Positions 62,401 through 64,000 of a stretch of 64,000 bases of DNA are shown here, in pieces. Each line of letters opens with the position of its first letter. The stretch's first letter is position 1. The position numbers were made by a program, and so were the translations under genes. Source of the stretch: Bythopirellula sp. GTDB taxonomy: Bacteria; Planctomycetota; Planctomycetia; Pirellulales; Lacipirellulaceae. The notes under the pieces were generated by a model. That model was given only the letters and a program-made list of their open reading frames with translations. It searched no databases and was not told where the DNA came from. The stretch lies in contig OZ244170.1 of the NCBI GenBank assembly GCA_965216565.1, positions 4,448,001 to 4,512,000 of the forward strand, in the 5' to 3' direction.

Positions 62401-63193
62401 AGCCCCTGGGCAGTTGCAGGGCCTAGGCTTCGCGGGAAAAGCGGGTTGGGCCACTGAGAATACAACCGAAATTCTGCGTCTCATCAGGGAGCATCTGTTT
62501 GATACTCACCAGCCGATGCCGCTTCCCACAAGCATGTTGATCGATGCAAAAGGCCGCGTTTCCACAATTTATTATGGGCCCGTGCGTGTCGAGCAACTTT
62601 TAGAAGACGTAGCTTTGCTAGAAGAGTCGCTGCGAGCAGAGACGATGCCATTCCCAGGTCGGTGGCGAACTACTCCCCGCGGGATGAGTCCACTCGATCT
62701 TGTGTGGCAGATGGTTGAATCCGGCTATCAAGCACAAGCGATCGACTACGTCCAGCACCATCGGCCCTTAATCGAAAACCAGTACAAGGCTCCTAAGCTG
62801 TTTGTTCTTATCGGCAACAATGAGTTGAGCCGAGGGAATGCGGAGAATGCAGTCCGCTATTACAAAGACGCACTCGCGCTCGACGTGGATTATGACGAGG
62901 CCCTGAATAATCTCGCTTGGGTCTTAGCGACCAATCCAGATGAGAAATTGCGGGACGGCAAAGAAGCCGTGCGACTAGCGAGTGCGGCTGTGAGCCAGAA
63001 ACGGGGAAATACAATTTCTATGTTAGCCACCCTCTCTGTGGCCTATGCCGAGGATGGACAATTCGAGCAGGCGGTGCAAGTCGCGGAAGAGGCACAGGAA
63101 CTTGCTCGGGCCCAAGGCCATCAAGCGTTGGTCAAAGAATTGGAAAAACGTATTCGGGGCTTCAAAGAAGGCAGGCCTCATCGTTCCCCCTAA
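59456..63193 (+). CDS. FG-GAP / ASPIC-UnbV (CRTAC1-like) + thioredoxin-like + TPR protein with one in-frame TGA (candidate selenoprotein, 1245 aa)
   Basis: ORFs 59456-61444 and 61466-63193 share a frame and are separated only by TGA at 61442-61444 (..DSGDL*SFFWRQVVSQ..). FG-GAP repeats occur on both sides of the stop, followed by ASPIC/UnbV (NRDAIGARV, VHFGLG, WPGG), WASWCRAC and TPRs. Confidence 0.75.
61453..61474 (+). promoter_or_regulatory. Bacterial SECIS-like stem-loop directly 3' of the in-frame TGA
   Basis: CUG-(G bulge)-CGGCA / loop GGUCG / UGUCG-CAG. The loop starts with G at the 18th base after UGA. Confidence 0.6.
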
Positions 63194-63254
63194 TGCACCA
63201 TGAACTTGATGCACCCTGAACTGTTTTGAAACGAAGAAGCCCGAAGGCAACGCA

Positions 63255-64000
63255 ATGTACAGACGCCGATTTCTTAAAAATCTTGCCACCAGCGGGTGCG
63301 GATTGTCACTCATTACATTGTTCGATCAGGATTGTGCCTTAGGAAAAGAGACCGCGGAAGGTTCGCTGTGCCAATCGGTTCGCAACCTGGGACCCCAGTT
63401 TCTCGAGAATCCATTGCGGATCACTGGCCAAGACGGGGCGACCTCTTGTCTCTTGCCTAGCGGAGATAGCCTTTGGCTTTTTGGCGATACCATGGAGGGC
63501 CCGTTCGAGTCGATCCGACATCACGATTTGACCCATGTCTTATCAAGTACTGCAGCGATTGTGTCCGCCCAGGACTACTCGCAGGGGATCAAGAGCTTCG
63601 AGTACCTCAAGGACTCCGATGGAAAGCGTGCACGACAGATTGTGAAGTTCGCCGAGGATGAAGACAAATCGCAACATCGTCTCTGGCCGATCCATAGCAC
63701 TTGCGTCGCGGACAACGTTTATGCGTTCTATCACAAGATCACCATGGACCCGCAGCGGGATGTGTTCGAAACCTTTGAGCTCAACGGAATGGGTATCGCC
63801 CGTGCCAAGATTGGCGAATTTCAGTTCGAGAGACTCGATGCACCAGACGGCTCCAAAGAATTCTGGAAAGGCGACCAGCCAGGATTTGGCGTTTTCACCG
63901 AGCAACTTCCCGATGGCTATCTCTACCTTTGGGGGAGTTATTGGACCGGCATGTTCCTGGCCCGTACGCGGGCGGAACAAATTGAAAAGTTGGAGAGTTA
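63255..64000 (+). CDS. Tat-exported DUF4185-like glycoside hydrolase (3'-truncated; absent from the ORF track)
   Basis: Manual translation gives MYRRRFLKNL...ITGQDGATS..SLWLFGDT..RLWP..DGYLYLWG, open to the window end. Confidence 0.75.
   Translation, partial: MYRRRFLKNLATSGCGLSLITLFDQDCALGKETAEGSLCQSVRNLGPQFLENPLRITGQDGATSCLLPSGDSLWLFGDTMEGPFESIRHHDLTHVLSSTAAIVSAQDYSQGIKSFEYLKDSDGKRARQIVKFAEDEDKSQHRLWPIHSTCVADNVYAFYHKITMDPQRDVFETFELNGMGIARAKIGEFQFERLDAPDGSKEFWKGDQPGFGVFTEQLPDGYLYLWGSYWTGMFLARTRAEQIEKLES

Overview
A 64 kb bacterial chromosome segment with Planctomycetota hallmarks: two PSD1/DUF1549-DUF1553 + DUF1501 pairs, four PEP-CTERM proteins and planctomycete-type TPR proteins. From left to right it holds: (1) a TPR protein, a PEP-CTERM-associated CAAX protease, a stand-alone EF-G, an RRM protein, a PstS-like protein and a PDZ/YbaY protein; (2) an AT-richer DUF5131 + TcmP pair; (3) an octaheme cytochrome c/TPR gene; (4) a minus-strand biosynthetic cluster encoding an RND pump, a phenylalanine ammonia-lyase, an acyl-AMP ligase-ACP, a type I PKS that ends in a Cys-to-Ser KS plus a dead AT, and two flavin halogenase-like enzymes; (5) a glycan-utilisation-like region around a GntR/LacI regulator (GH92, DUF4185-like proteins, SGNH esterase, CBM9-like protein, PEP-CTERM proteins). 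The most striking signal is an FG-GAP/ASPIC-UnbV/thioredoxin/TPR gene interrupted by a single in-frame TGA (61442-61444) that is followed directly by a SECIS-like hairpin. This is a candidate 1245-aa selenoprotein that the ORF track splits in two. Several families of small palindromic REP-like elements sit in intergenic gaps. No rRNA, tRNA, CRISPR array or transposase was recognised. All family assignments are from motif recognition by eye, not from database searches.
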